The notes beneath the pieces are model-generated. The model did not search any database. It saw only the letters and a program-made list of their open reading frames with translations, and was not told the DNA's origin. The translations under genes were made by a program, and so were the position numbers. DNA of 64,000 nucleotides from Promethearchaeota archaeon Loki_b32 (GTDB lineage Archaea; Asgardarchaeota; Lokiarchaeia; Sigyniarchaeales; SOKP01): NCBI GenBank assembly GCA_005223125.1, contig NJBH01000002.1:1-64000 (forward strand), written 5' to 3'. Below, piece by piece: positions 1-10,364 of the stretch (its first letter is position 1; the number at the start of each line of letters is the position of its first letter).

Positions 1-1078
1 TATAATTAAAATTAAGAGTGGCATTTTGAACTATAACGGGATATTCACTTAGATCGCTGATTTTATCACAATTTTGTTTCCAGGAGATAGAAGTAAATCT
101 GTTTATCTTTTTCTCATAATCAAATGAAAGATTACAGGATTTGATGAGTAAATAATACCATGTGTCAATCTCAGCACTAGCATAATTATCTTCATTATAA
201 ATATCGATACCTAGAGTTACTCTAAAATTCTGATAATTGTGACTTAAAACACGATTTAAATAAAAAATTAAATCATTTTCATCGACCGGTTTCATATAAG
301 TATCATTTATTTTACTAGCACTAGCTCTTCCACCTCTTCCAAATCTTGGCCAATATCTTCTTCCCAAATCTTTTGTTTGATTATAAGTAGCTTCATACGT
401 TTCTACTTTATTTAAATCAGATAATAAAACATAAAAACGAGCATGGTCGTATTCAGCTGCGTAACCGTTATTAGGTTCTCCTTCAATTGATTCATAAGGT
501 GTTTCTAGATTTATATCTGCACTAGCATTAAATATTGCAGTTATTTCTGCTGAAGTAATAAAATAATCGCGCATATCAAAAGGCATACTAACGATTCTAT
601 TCCAATGAATAATTGGATTGTTTCGACTTTGGTTCCCCTGAACTCCATAAATATTTATTCCACTAGATTCCCAATATTCATGTGTAGCATTACACCCATA
701 TGAATTGATTTCATAGACATCTGGAAGTATAGATATTGCAGATTCTTTTCCTGGTGACCAATGTGTATCATTTGGAGTCCCTGAAATATTTGAATATGTC
801 CAACTTTCTCCAATAATTTTAAAATTAGCTTGATTTCCAATAATTAATCCTTCAACATCTGTATAGTCCCCTTCATATTCTTTGAACCAATATTCTTGGG
901 ACTCGAAACCAGAATTAATTATCCATTGTCGTTCACCAGGAATTTCAGCAGCTAACTCAAGGTGATGTACTTCATTACTATTGATAAAAATTGCTGTTAT
1001 ACTTATGGAAGAATTAATAAAAATTAGTAGAAAAAAGAAAATACATGCAAAAATAGCTTTCCTACTAGTTCTTGTCAT
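1..1078 (-). CDS. Secreted/surface protein, paralog of 6199-7680 (runs off the window edge; not in the ORF track)
   Basis: Manual translation from ATG 1078: MTRTSRKAIFACIFFFLLIF...AAEIPGERQWIINSGFESQEYW matches SAEIPGTKQWLVNPNFSSQEHW of the 493-aa protein. Signal-peptide-like N-terminus. Confidence 0.85.
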   Translation of the reverse strand, partial: MTRTSRKAIFACIFFFLLIFINSSISITAIFINSNEVHHLELAAEIPGERQWIINSGFESQEYWFKEYEGDYTDVEGLIIGNQANFKIIGESWTYSNISGTPNDTHWSPGKESAISILPDVYEINSYGCNATHEYWESSGINIYGVQGNQSRNNPIIHWNRIVSMPFDMRDYFITSAEITAIFNASADINLETPYESIEGEPNNGYAAEYDHARFYVLLSDLNKVETYEATYNQTKDLGRRYWPRFGRGGRASASKINDTYMKPVDENDLIFYLNRVLSHNYQNFRVTLGIDIYNEDNYASAEIDTWYYLLIKSCNLSFDYEKKINRFTSISWKQNCDKISDLSEYPVIVQNATLNFNY

Positions 1079-1174
1079 ATCTATTCTCTAATCGTTTGGT
1101 TATTCAGTATAATAATACCTTAAAAATCTCTATTTTCTTACTTCTATGAAATTATTATATTATATTCACAATAG

Positions 1175-1201
1175 TTATAAGTGTAAATATAGGATAATAA
1201 T
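1175..1201 (-). promoter_or_regulatory. Shared upstream motif plus TATA-like box (copy 1)
   Basis: Minus strand ATTATTATCCTATA-N5-ACTTATAA, about 100 nt upstream of the start at 1078. Near-identical copy at 5739-5766. Confidence 0.55.
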
Positions 1202-1309
1202 AGAAATATGGGATATAAAAATGTTTATCTCAAGAAATAAAATTAAATTTTTTAGAATGAACGTTTTATTGTAACACTGACTAGAGATATAACTATTTTA
1301 ATTGTATAT

Positions 1310-4300
1310 CTATGTTCCCTCTTTATTTAATTGAATTTTATCAATTAGGCCCTTTTTATTAGGCTGGATTGGTTCAAATTCTAAAATCGATTTTTGATTT
1401 TGGATACTAGTTTCAATAAGTTCATCACGCTTGTTAACTAAGATAGGTTTTGTTTTTTTGGCTTTCTTAACGTTTTTCTTTAACTTTCTTATTTTTCTTA
1501 CCATGGGAGGATATTTAAAGTGTGTTTGGTATAGAGTAAAAACAATAGTAAGACCCGCAATCGCTCCAACTAATACATAAACTAACCAACTTAAATCAGG
1601 ACCAGGACTCACTGTAGGAGCTGTTACAACTAAAGTAATTACATAGCTCTGAAAATCGTAATTATCACCCGCAAAAGCATTTATTGTTATAGTATGAATT
1701 CCTTCTCTCACATTTTCTAATAAAATTTCAAAGATACCATCATTATCAGAATCTTCGAGTTCTCCTTGTCCATAAGCCCAATTATATGTAACCGTCGCAT
1801 TTATTATATCTTCGCCAAAGAAAGTATCATTCAAAAATAACTGTAATAATACATCATCACCTATCTCAGCTTCTATTTGAGCTTCTCTTGATACTGTGCT
1901 AATTTTTACGGCAATTCTGTTTATTGTGATTCTTAAATCCTTTGTTAATGACTCAAAGTCAGGCTTTTGTGCTATAATTGAAAACAATTTTAACCCAATG
2001 CCTAAATCAGCTGAATTTAGTATTGTAAAATATTGATCAAAAGTATTATCTTTTACTAAATCAAGTGAAAAACCTTCTCCAATTAATGAGACTGTAGCAT
2101 TAGAAATATACGCACCAGATTGGTCTGTATATTTTACAGTAAGATTTAAGCTTTGACCTATCGTAAGCATAAAAACAGGATCAAGAGTTTTATTATAACC
2201 ATTTAAATATATTTGCATCACTGTCTCTTTTTGTATAATCTGTATAATAAGTAAAGCAGTCTGAGGTTCATAACCACCTTTTCGGGCGAAAATGGTTAAG
2301 AAATTTGCCCCTTGATTTAAATCATTTGTATTTAAAAGCACTGAATAATTATTGAAAGCTTCGGGAAGAAGCTCCGATATTCCTGAACCATTTATATCAA
2401 CAGTAGCACCAGGGATATAGTCCTTTGCAATAGAACTATTATATGAAACAGTAATGTTAAGAATTTGGTCTGGATATCGGTTAATTGATGGATCTGATGT
2501 TATATCTACTCCATCTACAAATAATAATAAATCAGTTTCTATTTGGATAATCTCTACTATAATTAAAACTGAATGAACTTCATATCCATTTTTTCGAGCG
2601 AAAATCGTTAAAAAGTTTACTCCTTGATTTAAATCGTTTGTATTTATAAGTACCGAATAATTATTGAATGCTTCAGGAAGAAGTTCCGATATTCCTGAAC
2701 CGTTTATATCTACAATAGCACCAGGAATATGTTCCTTTAAAAGAGTATCATTATATGTAAAAGTAATATTTAAAAATTGATTTTTGTATAGTACTATGGA
2801 TGGATTTTGTCCTTGAACGACTCCATTTAAGTATACCCAATAATCAGTTTTTCTTTCATATACATTAATTCTTAATAACTCTGTTACTGCCGTATAATTA
2901 TCTTTCTGAGCGATTATATTTAAGAAGAAGATTCCAACACCTAATTTTGTCGAATTTAAAGTAAGATTATAAAAATTAGCATTATCTGTAAAGACTTCTC
3001 CTATATCTGTCCCATTTAATGTAACCATTGCATTATGGATAAGAGATCCCCCTGCATCATTATCCAAGTATTTAACTGTAATATTTGCCAAATCTCCTGA
3101 ATGTATATTAGCAGTTTGATTAGTTGTACAATCACGATTATCTATAATTATCTCAGCGAGAGATGTTTCTCGTTCGACCACTTCAATTGATATTATTTTT
3201 GTTTGAGACTCATATCCTATCTCATCAAAGTCAATCCTTAAATTAGGAGCAGTGTTTACTTGATATTTAGAAGTATTACACGTTATATTATAAAGTCCAT
3301 TTCCCGATTTTATAGACCAGTCATCATTCCAAGTAACTGTTGAATTAGCACCGTCAATACCAGTCCCATTGGTAAAAGTATAATTAAGATGTATGGTAAA
3401 ATTATTATTCCAAGGGACTTCTATACTAGGATATTCTTCCGCAGTAAGATCAGTATAAAATATTACTTCAATAGTAATATTAACTTGATTGTCATTATAT
3501 AAAGGATGAGTAGCATAAATGGTAAGATTATTTTCTCCTGGATCACCTCCAGATGTATTAAAGATAAGTAAATAATAACCATTATCTAAATCTTCAAAAG
3601 TTTGAATGCCTCCTGTAAAGTTTGTTAAAGTGATATTTGCACCTTCTATTGGTTTGTCATTCTTTAGGTCCTTAAATGTAACCTCTAAGTTAATTTCTTC
3701 GCCGTAAATTGCATCTTCATAATAATCATCAAGAGCTACTAATGTGGAATTGTGGATAACAGTAAAACTCTTGTATATAATCCCTGTTTCATTAAAGTTG
3801 AAGTTAGAATATGAATTATTCCATGTAACTATTGCATGATACTCACCGACTTTATAATTCGATCCATCAGAGGGAATTAAAATAGGATCAAAATAAACCA
3901 TACCAGGATTATTAACTTGTTTGAATTGACTTTCTTCTGCCCAAATCGTACCATTTGGAAACTTTATCTGCAGCTGGGCTTTAGTTTTATTAATATAACC
4001 AGAAATCAGTTGACTATTACTTATATTTGCCGTAATATTAATCCATTGTCCACTAAAAAATTCATTACTAGGCAACCAATTATATGTAGCATTATTATAT
4101 ATTCCCATTTCTGTACAATAATTTGGTGATTCTGCCTCTAGCTTCCAAAATAAATTAGTATTACTAGTTATAGAACTAACTGGAATATTTACGACCTTTT
4201 TGTTTCCATATTCTTTTATATTAATATCATCAAGAGAAACTGGATTTTGAGAGAAAAACACTCTTAATAAATTATAATCTGATGGAAACTCTAAAGTCAT

Positions 4301-5659
4301 ATTTGTTTCTTCGTATCCTGTTGGAATCTCCATATGTGCATAAGTTATCCAATTCACATCACTATTATTCGCTACAGTAAAAGCTGAACCTTGATAAATA
4401 TCATTAGGATCAGCAGTATAATAGCTTTCAGGAGTAGATTTATTCACATATAAAGTTAAATTTGTTTCAAGTTCTATTTCATAACTTCTCTCAATCCCGT
4501 CTTCTTCAAAAGTTAATGGCCAATAATAATCAGTACTGAAATTTGCTTCTACCGAAGATATTACACTCCCATTCCAATTTCCTAACATTCCACAATAGCC
4601 TTCACCATAATTAGCCGTATCAATAACATCCTGATTGTTTAATTGCAGACCTAGATGAGATGGTTTTGCTTTTGCTTTGACAATTAATGAGACATTATCG
4701 AATAATATTGAATGATCTCCATATGGTGAAGCGGTTCCACTCACCCTTTTAAATTCTAGAGTGATATTCATGTTTTTGAATCCGTCAGGAAATATATCAC
4801 CATCCTTACCATCTATATAAAGAGGATATGGTGTATACCAATCTCCCCAATTCCCTACAGAAGGATTACCACTTTGTTCTAAAATTGATGCAAGACCAGT
4901 CCCCCATATAATTTTATTGTTAACTATTACTTGTAATACCATATGATTATTATAAGCATCAGCGGAGTACGCTCGGATTGAAAAAATTAACCAAGCTTCA
5001 TCCACATCCCCTCTATCTGTTTCAATGGCCGTTTCCCACCAACATTTATCACCAACATCATAACTATCACCTGAATCAGCATCAATACCAAGTTCCAGAC
5101 AATCATGACCATCAGATACACTTGAGGAGGTATCATAATAATTTCCTCTCACAGGATTATCTCCTCCAATCTCTCCCGATTTAAAGGTCCAATTAGCAAT
5201 ATATTGACTATCATTCGATCCAGGTGGAGAGCCGCCCGTAAAAGAACCACGATGAAAAGTTCCATTAATCCAATTTCGTGTATCATATAAATTAGTTATG
5301 GTAGAATTAAATTGATATCCATTCCATCCATATAATTCCAGTTGTTGAGAGGCATCATAAGAATTGTTATTAAAACTTACTGCTAAATTAGTTTTTGTTC
5401 CATTGGCATAGTGAGTCACATTCCAAGGAGCTCCAATACCACTAAAAACATTATCTATGGATAGACCTTGAGTATTTAAATTCTCCTTAAGTAGCTCATC
5501 ATTTTTCTTATTTTCACCATCAAAATCATTCACATTCTGATTTATATTAATATTGTTTAAAAAAGGAATCATTAAGAAACTAATAATTAAAGCTGATACA
5601 ATTAAAATCTTTTTCCTATTTATATTCATATATATAATCTTTTTAACAGGCAGTTTCAC
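1310..5659 (-). CDS. Large cell-surface glycoprotein with Ig-like beta repeats, C-terminal TM anchor and basic cytoplasmic tail
   Basis: N-terminal hydrophobic segment, many N-x-S/T sequons, about 100-aa beta-rich repeats, C-terminal TM followed by FKYPPMVRKIRKLKK. Confidence 0.85.
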   Translation of the reverse strand: MKLPVKKIIYMNINRKKILIVSALIISFLMIPFLNNININQNVNDFDGENKKNDELLKENLNTQGLSIDNVFSGIGAPWNVTHYANGTKTNLAVSFNNNSYDASQQLELYGWNGYQFNSTITNLYDTRNWINGTFHRGSFTGGSPPGSNDSQYIANWTFKSGEIGGDNPVRGNYYDTSSSVSDGHDCLELGIDADSGDSYDVGDKCWWETAIETDRGDVDEAWLIFSIRAYSADAYNNHMVLQVIVNNKIIWGTGLASILEQSGNPSVGNWGDWYTPYPLYIDGKDGDIFPDGFKNMNITLEFKRVSGTASPYGDHSILFDNVSLIVKAKAKPSHLGLQLNNQDVIDTANYGEGYCGMLGNWNGSVISSVEANFSTDYYWPLTFEEDGIERSYEIELETNLTLYVNKSTPESYYTADPNDIYQGSAFTVANNSDVNWITYAHMEIPTGYEETNMTLEFPSDYNLLRVFFSQNPVSLDDINIKEYGNKKVVNIPVSSITSNTNLFWKLEAESPNYCTEMGIYNNATYNWLPSNEFFSGQWINITANISNSQLISGYINKTKAQLQIKFPNGTIWAEESQFKQVNNPGMVYFDPILIPSDGSNYKVGEYHAIVTWNNSYSNFNFNETGIIYKSFTVIHNSTLVALDDYYEDAIYGEEINLEVTFKDLKNDKPIEGANITLTNFTGGIQTFEDLDNGYYLLIFNTSGGDPGENNLTIYATHPLYNDNQVNITIEVIFYTDLTAEEYPSIEVPWNNNFTIHLNYTFTNGTGIDGANSTVTWNDDWSIKSGNGLYNITCNTSKYQVNTAPNLRIDFDEIGYESQTKIISIEVVERETSLAEIIIDNRDCTTNQTANIHSGDLANITVKYLDNDAGGSLIHNAMVTLNGTDIGEVFTDNANFYNLTLNSTKLGVGIFFLNIIAQKDNYTAVTELLRINVYERKTDYWVYLNGVVQGQNPSIVLYKNQFLNITFTYNDTLLKEHIPGAIVDINGSGISELLPEAFNNYSVLINTNDLNQGVNFLTIFARKNGYEVHSVLIIVEIIQIETDLLLFVDGVDITSDPSINRYPDQILNITVSYNSSIAKDYIPGATVDINGSGISELLPEAFNNYSVLLNTNDLNQGANFLTIFARKGGYEPQTALLIIQIIQKETVMQIYLNGYNKTLDPVFMLTIGQSLNLTVKYTDQSGAYISNATVSLIGEGFSLDLVKDNTFDQYFTILNSADLGIGLKLFSIIAQKPDFESLTKDLRITINRIAVKISTVSREAQIEAEIGDDVLLQLFLNDTFFGEDIINATVTYNWAYGQGELEDSDNDGIFEILLENVREGIHTITINAFAGDNYDFQSYVITLVVTAPTVSPGPDLSWLVYVLVGAIAGLTIVFTLYQTHFKYPPMVRKIRKLKKNVKKAKKTKPILVNKRDELIETSIQNQKSILEFEPIQPNKKGLIDKIQLNKEGT
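2279..2725 (-). repeat. Intragenic duplication (two ~135-nt near-identical segments, 312-nt period)
   Basis: 2279-2413 vs 2591-2725, both encoding PGAxVDINGSGISELLPEAFNNYSVLxNTNDLNQGxNFLTIFARK. Confidence 0.9.
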
Positions 5660-5738
5660 TCACCTATGATATTCTTATATCTATTTATTTCTTAAAATCT
5701 AATTCCAAATAATCATTAATTAATTTTTATCTAATATC

Positions 5739-5766
5739 TTATAAGTAGCAATTATAGGATAATAAT
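5739..5766 (-). promoter_or_regulatory. Shared upstream motif plus TATA-like box (copy 2)
   Basis: Minus strand ATTATTATCCTATA-N6-ACTTATAA, about 80 nt upstream of 5659. Confidence 0.55.
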
Positions 5767-6198
5767 GTCAACCTGTATATTAAAATCTTCACCTAATTGT
5801 CAATAAAAATTAATATCAAAAAATTAAAATTTCTAATATGCAAGTAATATTGCTATGAATTTTTTATATAAGGAATTTTTTACAAAACCGGTATCAAGAT
5901 TAATTAGAGGGTCAGTAATATAACTAACTTTTTCTGATACCAAAAATTTGATTAAATTAGCTGATATATTAGGATTGGTAATCCAACTAACTAAAATGAA
6001 TCTCTCTTTTTCAACAAAAAAAATAATAAAATTTATAAACAAAAAGTTGATTTTAACATCTTTTAATAGATAGTAGCTTTAATGTTAATGTTAATTATCA
6101 TCTTTATCTAATGACATCTTTTCAATCATAAAATCTTTTTTGGGGTGAATAGATTCAGTTGTAATATTAATAATTTGATCTTGGTTGATTCTATTGAT

Positions 6199-7680
6199 CT
6201 ATTCATCTCGTTTTTTAACTAAAACAGATTTTGATGTTTTGTCGTTTCTAATTAATTTTTTTAATTTTCTTATTTTTCTTATCATTGGAGGATATTTAAA
6301 ATAAGTCTGATATAGAGTAAAAATGACAATTATACCTATAATCCCACCGAAAAGTGTATATATAAGCCAACTCCAATTAGGTCCTAACACATCTGGTTCT
6401 ATTATAATATATGATATATATAGGGAAACATCATCGATTGATATAACTATTTTCTGACCTAATCCAAAATTATCTGCAATAAAGATTTGAATTGATAAAT
6501 TTATATCATCTTTTATTGATGATGTTAAATCAAATCCACCAGGTTTTATTTCCTTAAAAGATGTTGAAGCTCTACTTAATTTGATAGTCTCCGAATGTGG
6601 ATTATTATTAATTAAAATTTTTATTTCTGAATTTGGAGATATATAAGTTGGCCAAAGTTGATCAATTTTATATTTAAAATTAATTTTAGCCTCTTTAACT
6701 ATAACTGTATAATTAGAAATGCCACTAATTTTATTTCCTATCTGATTCCAAGATACAGCTGTAAATTGGTCTATTTTCTTTTCATAAGTAAATGTTAGGT
6801 TAAAATATTTTATCCTAAGATCATCAAAAGTATCGGTATCAGAACCAAAATTATCTTCACACCAAATTCTCAATCCTAAAGTAAGTATAAAATTTTGGTA
6901 ATCTGTATTCAAAACTGAAGAAAGATAAAAAATTAAATTTTCTGTTAGAACAAATTTCATATCAGTGTCAAACATGTAGTCTGTTCCAGTAGTATTACCT
7001 AATCCTAAATTAACTGTTTGATTATATGCAATTTCATATATTTTATTTTTTTCCAAATCAGATATTAAAACATAAAATCTTACATAATCCGATGTGGCAT
7101 ATTCAGTACCACCGTAAATAGAATCAGTGGGTGCTTCTACATTTAAATCAGCTGTTGCATTAACTGTTGCTTTAAGTGATGCTGAAGTTATTATATAATC
7201 TGACATATTAACTGGCATTTTGATAGTTCTGTCCCAATGTACACTTGTAGATTGATTGGTATCTTCATTCCATTCATGATTCGCCCAAAATCCCCCTTGA
7301 TCAATTCCAAAATCATCAGGGAAAGCAGGGAATGCGGGATTTCTAACTGGAGTCCATTCTGTATATGTTGATTGATTTGCTATTATTTTTGTTGTACTTT
7401 TGTTTCCCAAAATCTCAAAATTTGCTTTTCCTCCACTTATCGTAGCATTCACGTCTGTAGAATCTCCTTGACTAGATGAAATCCAATGTTCTTGGGAGGA
7501 AAAATTAGGATTTACGAGCCACTGTTTTGTACCTGGAATCTCAGCTGAAATTTGAATACTTTCTTGATTCTCCAATTCATTCGAACTATCTAATATATTG
7601 AACTTATAAATATTACAAGGAAGTAAAATAATGAGAAAGAAAACAAATAAAAAAACACCTTTAATTATTGAATTTTTCAA
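6199..7680 (-). CDS. Membrane-anchored surface glycoprotein; reading frame continues past TAG to 6091
   Basis: Signal-like N-terminus, C-terminal TM plus FKYPPMIRKIRKLKK as in the 1449-aa protein. Confidence 0.85.
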   Translation of the reverse strand: MKNSIIKGVFLFVFFLIILLPCNIYKFNILDSSNELENQESIQISAEIPGTKQWLVNPNFSSQEHWISSSQGDSTDVNATISGGKANFEILGNKSTTKIIANQSTYTEWTPVRNPAFPAFPDDFGIDQGGFWANHEWNEDTNQSTSVHWDRTIKMPVNMSDYIITSASLKATVNATADLNVEAPTDSIYGGTEYATSDYVRFYVLISDLEKNKIYEIAYNQTVNLGLGNTTGTDYMFDTDMKFVLTENLIFYLSSVLNTDYQNFILTLGLRIWCEDNFGSDTDTFDDLRIKYFNLTFTYEKKIDQFTAVSWNQIGNKISGISNYTVIVKEAKINFKYKIDQLWPTYISPNSEIKILINNNPHSETIKLSRASTSFKEIKPGGFDLTSSIKDDINLSIQIFIADNFGLGQKIVISIDDVSLYISYIIIEPDVLGPNWSWLIYTLFGGIIGIIVIFTLYQTYFKYPPMIRKIRKLKKLIRNDKTSKSVLVKKRDE

Positions 7681-7790
7681 TTTAAAAACCTAATAAAATG
7701 ATAAATAACTAGATAAATAGTAAAATTAAAGAATATAAAAATTTTCCTAATTACTATATTTATCTATTAAATCACCACTTTGACAATAAT

Positions 7791-8594
7791 TTAAAATAAC
7801 CCTTTAACAAATCCACCATCCACTTGTATTAATGTGCCGGTAATATAACTTGCCCTTTCAGAAGCTAAAAATACAACTAAATTAGCTAATTCTTCTGGTT
7901 TTCCTAATCGTCCTAAAGGGATAGGGTTTATCCATGTTTTCTCCACCTCTTCATAAGTCTTTCCTGTATATTTTACTGTTGTATTAATTAATTCTTTCAT
8001 ACGATCGGTAAGCGTTGGACCTGGACATACAACATTGACTAAAATATTATACTGACCATATTCATTTGCAAGGGTTTTAGCAAAACCTACAACCCCTAAC
8101 CTAGTAGTATTTGATAAGACTAAATTATTTAGGGGTTGCTTAACAGACACTGATGTAATGGCAATAATTCTGCCACTTTTTTGCTTCTTCATAACTGGAA
8201 TAATTAATTCTGATATTCTAATGAAAGAACGGAGATTTAGATCGATCGAATTTGACCACTCTTCTTTAGTGATTTTTTCTATTGGTCCAGAAGGGGGACC
8301 CCCCGCATTGTGTACCAAAATGTCTATTTTACCAAATTCTTTTAATGTCTTTTCTACAAGATTTTCTATCTTATCTTCATCTATTAAATCTGCTACAACA
8401 GGAAAAACTTTATTATCAGAAGTTATTGAGTCGGCTGCTTCTATTTTTTCCTTCGCAATTTTCAAATTTTCTTCAGAACGGCTACAAATCACAACATTAG
8501 CCCCCTCCTCATAAAACCCTTTTGCACATGCAAGCCCTAAACCTTTACTTGATGCCAAAACTAGAGCAACCTTATTTTTTAAACCCAAGTTCAT
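7791..8594 (-). CDS. SDR family oxidoreductase (3-oxoacyl-ACP reductase-like)
   Basis: ASSKGLG nucleotide-binding motif, HNAGG, atypical SNTTR active site, VDGG. Confidence 0.9.
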   Translation of the reverse strand: MNLGLKNKVALVLASSKGLGLACAKGFYEEGANVVICSRSEENLKIAKEKIEAADSITSDNKVFPVVADLIDEDKIENLVEKTLKEFGKIDILVHNAGGPPSGPIEKITKEEWSNSIDLNLRSFIRISELIIPVMKKQKSGRIIAITSVSVKQPLNNLVLSNTTRLGVVGFAKTLANEYGQYNILVNVVCPGPTLTDRMKELINTTVKYTGKTYEEVEKTWINPIPLGRLGKPEELANLVVFLASERASYITGTLIQVDGGFVKGLF

Positions 8595-8893
8595 CCATAA
8601 AAACCTACATATTGATCATTTCTTAATATGAGTAAAATTAATTGTTTTATATTTCTATTTTACCCTACAATTTTTTTTAAAATTTTATCTTAATTCTCTC
8701 TTATATTATCTAAAATTTATATTTTATTTAAGTAGACAACCTCATATAGCGTTGTTTTCAAACACAGAATCTTAATTTATAAAGATCTCCATCCTATTTA
8801 AAAATTTGATATTTATCCCAAAAAAAATTAATCTAACCTAATAGAATGGGAAGAAATATATAGTATATTTTACTTTTACCTTATAGAAATAAT

Positions 8894-9133
8894 ATGACTG
8901 ATCGATCATTTTCTATACCAGAAGATCTATTTGAAAAAATGAAAAAGTATCCTCTAGTTAATTGGGAATCTATAACTCATTCTGCATTGAAAAATTATAT
9001 AAAGATGTTAGAAAATGAAGAATATAGTCAAGAAATTGATGCAATAATAAAAATCTCTGAATATTCACTAAAAGAATTTCTTGAAAATGAACCGGATTTA
9101 TATACTGATGAAGATTTAAAATTGAGGTATTAA
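8894..9133 (+). CDS. Antitoxin (RHH-like N-terminus)
   Basis: SFSIPEDLFEKMKK...NW pattern, acidic C-terminus, TAATG overlap with the downstream toxin. Confidence 0.7.
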   Translation: MTDRSFSIPEDLFEKMKKYPLVNWESITHSALKNYIKMLENEEYSQEIDAIIKISEYSLKEFLENEPDLYTDEDLKLRY

Positions 9134-9462
9134 TGAAGGGAAAAATCGTTCTGATACCTTTTCCATTTACAGATCTAAAAACTGTAAAAAAACGACCAGC
9201 TTTAGTTATTCTTGAACGAGAGCATGATGTAACGGTGGCATTTATCTCCTCAAAAATCCCAGATCACTTAGATAAATATACAGTAGTCATAAATAAAGAA
9301 CACTTAGAATTTAAACTCACAGGTCTAAAAGTCGATTCCACTATTTATTTAGATAAACTTTCGACTGTCAAAAAAGATTTAATCTCAGGTGAAATAGGTG
9401 AAATTGGCTCTCTTCTAAGAATGCAAATTAATGAACGCTTAAAAAAAATCTTTCTCCTATAA
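9133..9462 (+). CDS. PemK/MazF-family toxin
   Basis: GKIVLIPFPFTD...KKRPALV, AFISS, TGLKVDS motifs. Confidence 0.9.
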   Translation: MKGKIVLIPFPFTDLKTVKKRPALVILEREHDVTVAFISSKIPDHLDKYTVVINKEHLEFKLTGLKVDSTIYLDKLSTVKKDLISGEIGEIGSLLRMQINERLKKIFLL

Positions 9463-9491
9463 ATTGTAAAAGGCTCAATTAATCTATGATT

Positions 9492-9650
9492 TTATTTAAA
9501 ATTTTTAAATCTAGTACATTTACAATAAAATTTATTACACCTATTACAATTTTCCTCATCTAAACACTCTTTCGCATTTGGACAGTTTATAATACTTTTA
9601 TCTAATTTTATCATAACCCGATGTAATCTCTTTTCGATATTATTTCGCAT
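9492..9650 (-). CDS. Small Cys-rich protein (52 aa, not in the ORF track)
   Basis: MRNNIEKRLHRVMIKLDKSIINCPNAKECLDEENCNRCNKFYCKCTRFKNFK; six Cys; AAGGT 8 nt upstream of the ATG. Confidence 0.5.
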   Translation of the reverse strand: MRNNIEKRLHRVMIKLDKSIINCPNAKECLDEENCNRCNKFYCKCTRFKNFK

Positions 9651-9837
9651 AAGAATAGACCTTTTTTCGAATTCACCGATTTTAAAAACCCATACTAAAA
9701 GTATTAATTTCCTTAATTTCCTATGAAAGATTTTAAAAAGATAATTTTATAAATTCAAATAATTATAATATTTTATAGATTGAAGAATATATTATTAAAT
9801 ATAAAATTAAAATACTAAAATTTTGTAGAAAAGGTGT

Positions 9838-10299
9838 ATGAGCATTAGTATTGATACAAAAAGTTTCGATAATATTCTCAGTAAAATTATAAAGAGCGAA
9901 AGCGGTATCAAAAAAGTAATTTTGGTTGATAGAACGGGATTAACCATTGCTAGTGTTTCGAAATTTTCTTATTTCCCCGCCGATGTGGATGGTATTGGGG
10001 CGATTGCCAGTGCAGTATTCTGCGCTAGCGAGGAACAGGGTAAGAATCTAGAACTTGGAAACTTAGAGATTGTAACTTCAGAATTTATGGGAGGCAAAAT
10101 ATTTGCATCAAGTTGTGGACCTAAAGGAGTTCTCACTCTCATCTCAGATCCAGACATCAACATTGGTTTAATTAGGCTTATTTTGAAACGTTCAGGAGAC
10201 GAATTAAAGGACATACTAGATGAATTTTTATCAGAAACCATGGATATTATGGATAGTGGCTTAGATCTGTCTGATCTTGACTCTCTCACACCTGATTAA
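9838..10299 (+). CDS. Roadblock/LC7 (MglB-like) domain protein
   Basis: VILVDRTGLTIAS, IGAIASAVF, NIGLIRL roadblock pattern; acidic tail. Confidence 0.9.
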   Translation: MSISIDTKSFDNILSKIIKSESGIKKVILVDRTGLTIASVSKFSYFPADVDGIGAIASAVFCASEEQGKNLELGNLEIVTSEFMGGKIFASSCGPKGVLTLISDPDINIGLIRLILKRSGDELKDILDEFLSETMDIMDSGLDLSDLDSLTPD

Positions 10300-10364
10300 A
10301 GAATTAAGCTATTTTTTAAACAATCTTTATATTTAGTTAGGATTTTAATCTATTCCTTTTTAAA

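Noticed and set aside
655-840. 61-aa ORF in the track
   Set aside because: Alternative frame inside the real edge-truncated gene 1-1078.
5833-6042. 69-aa ORF between surface-protein genes
   Set aside because: No motif or SD; may be a gene remnant but is unsupported.
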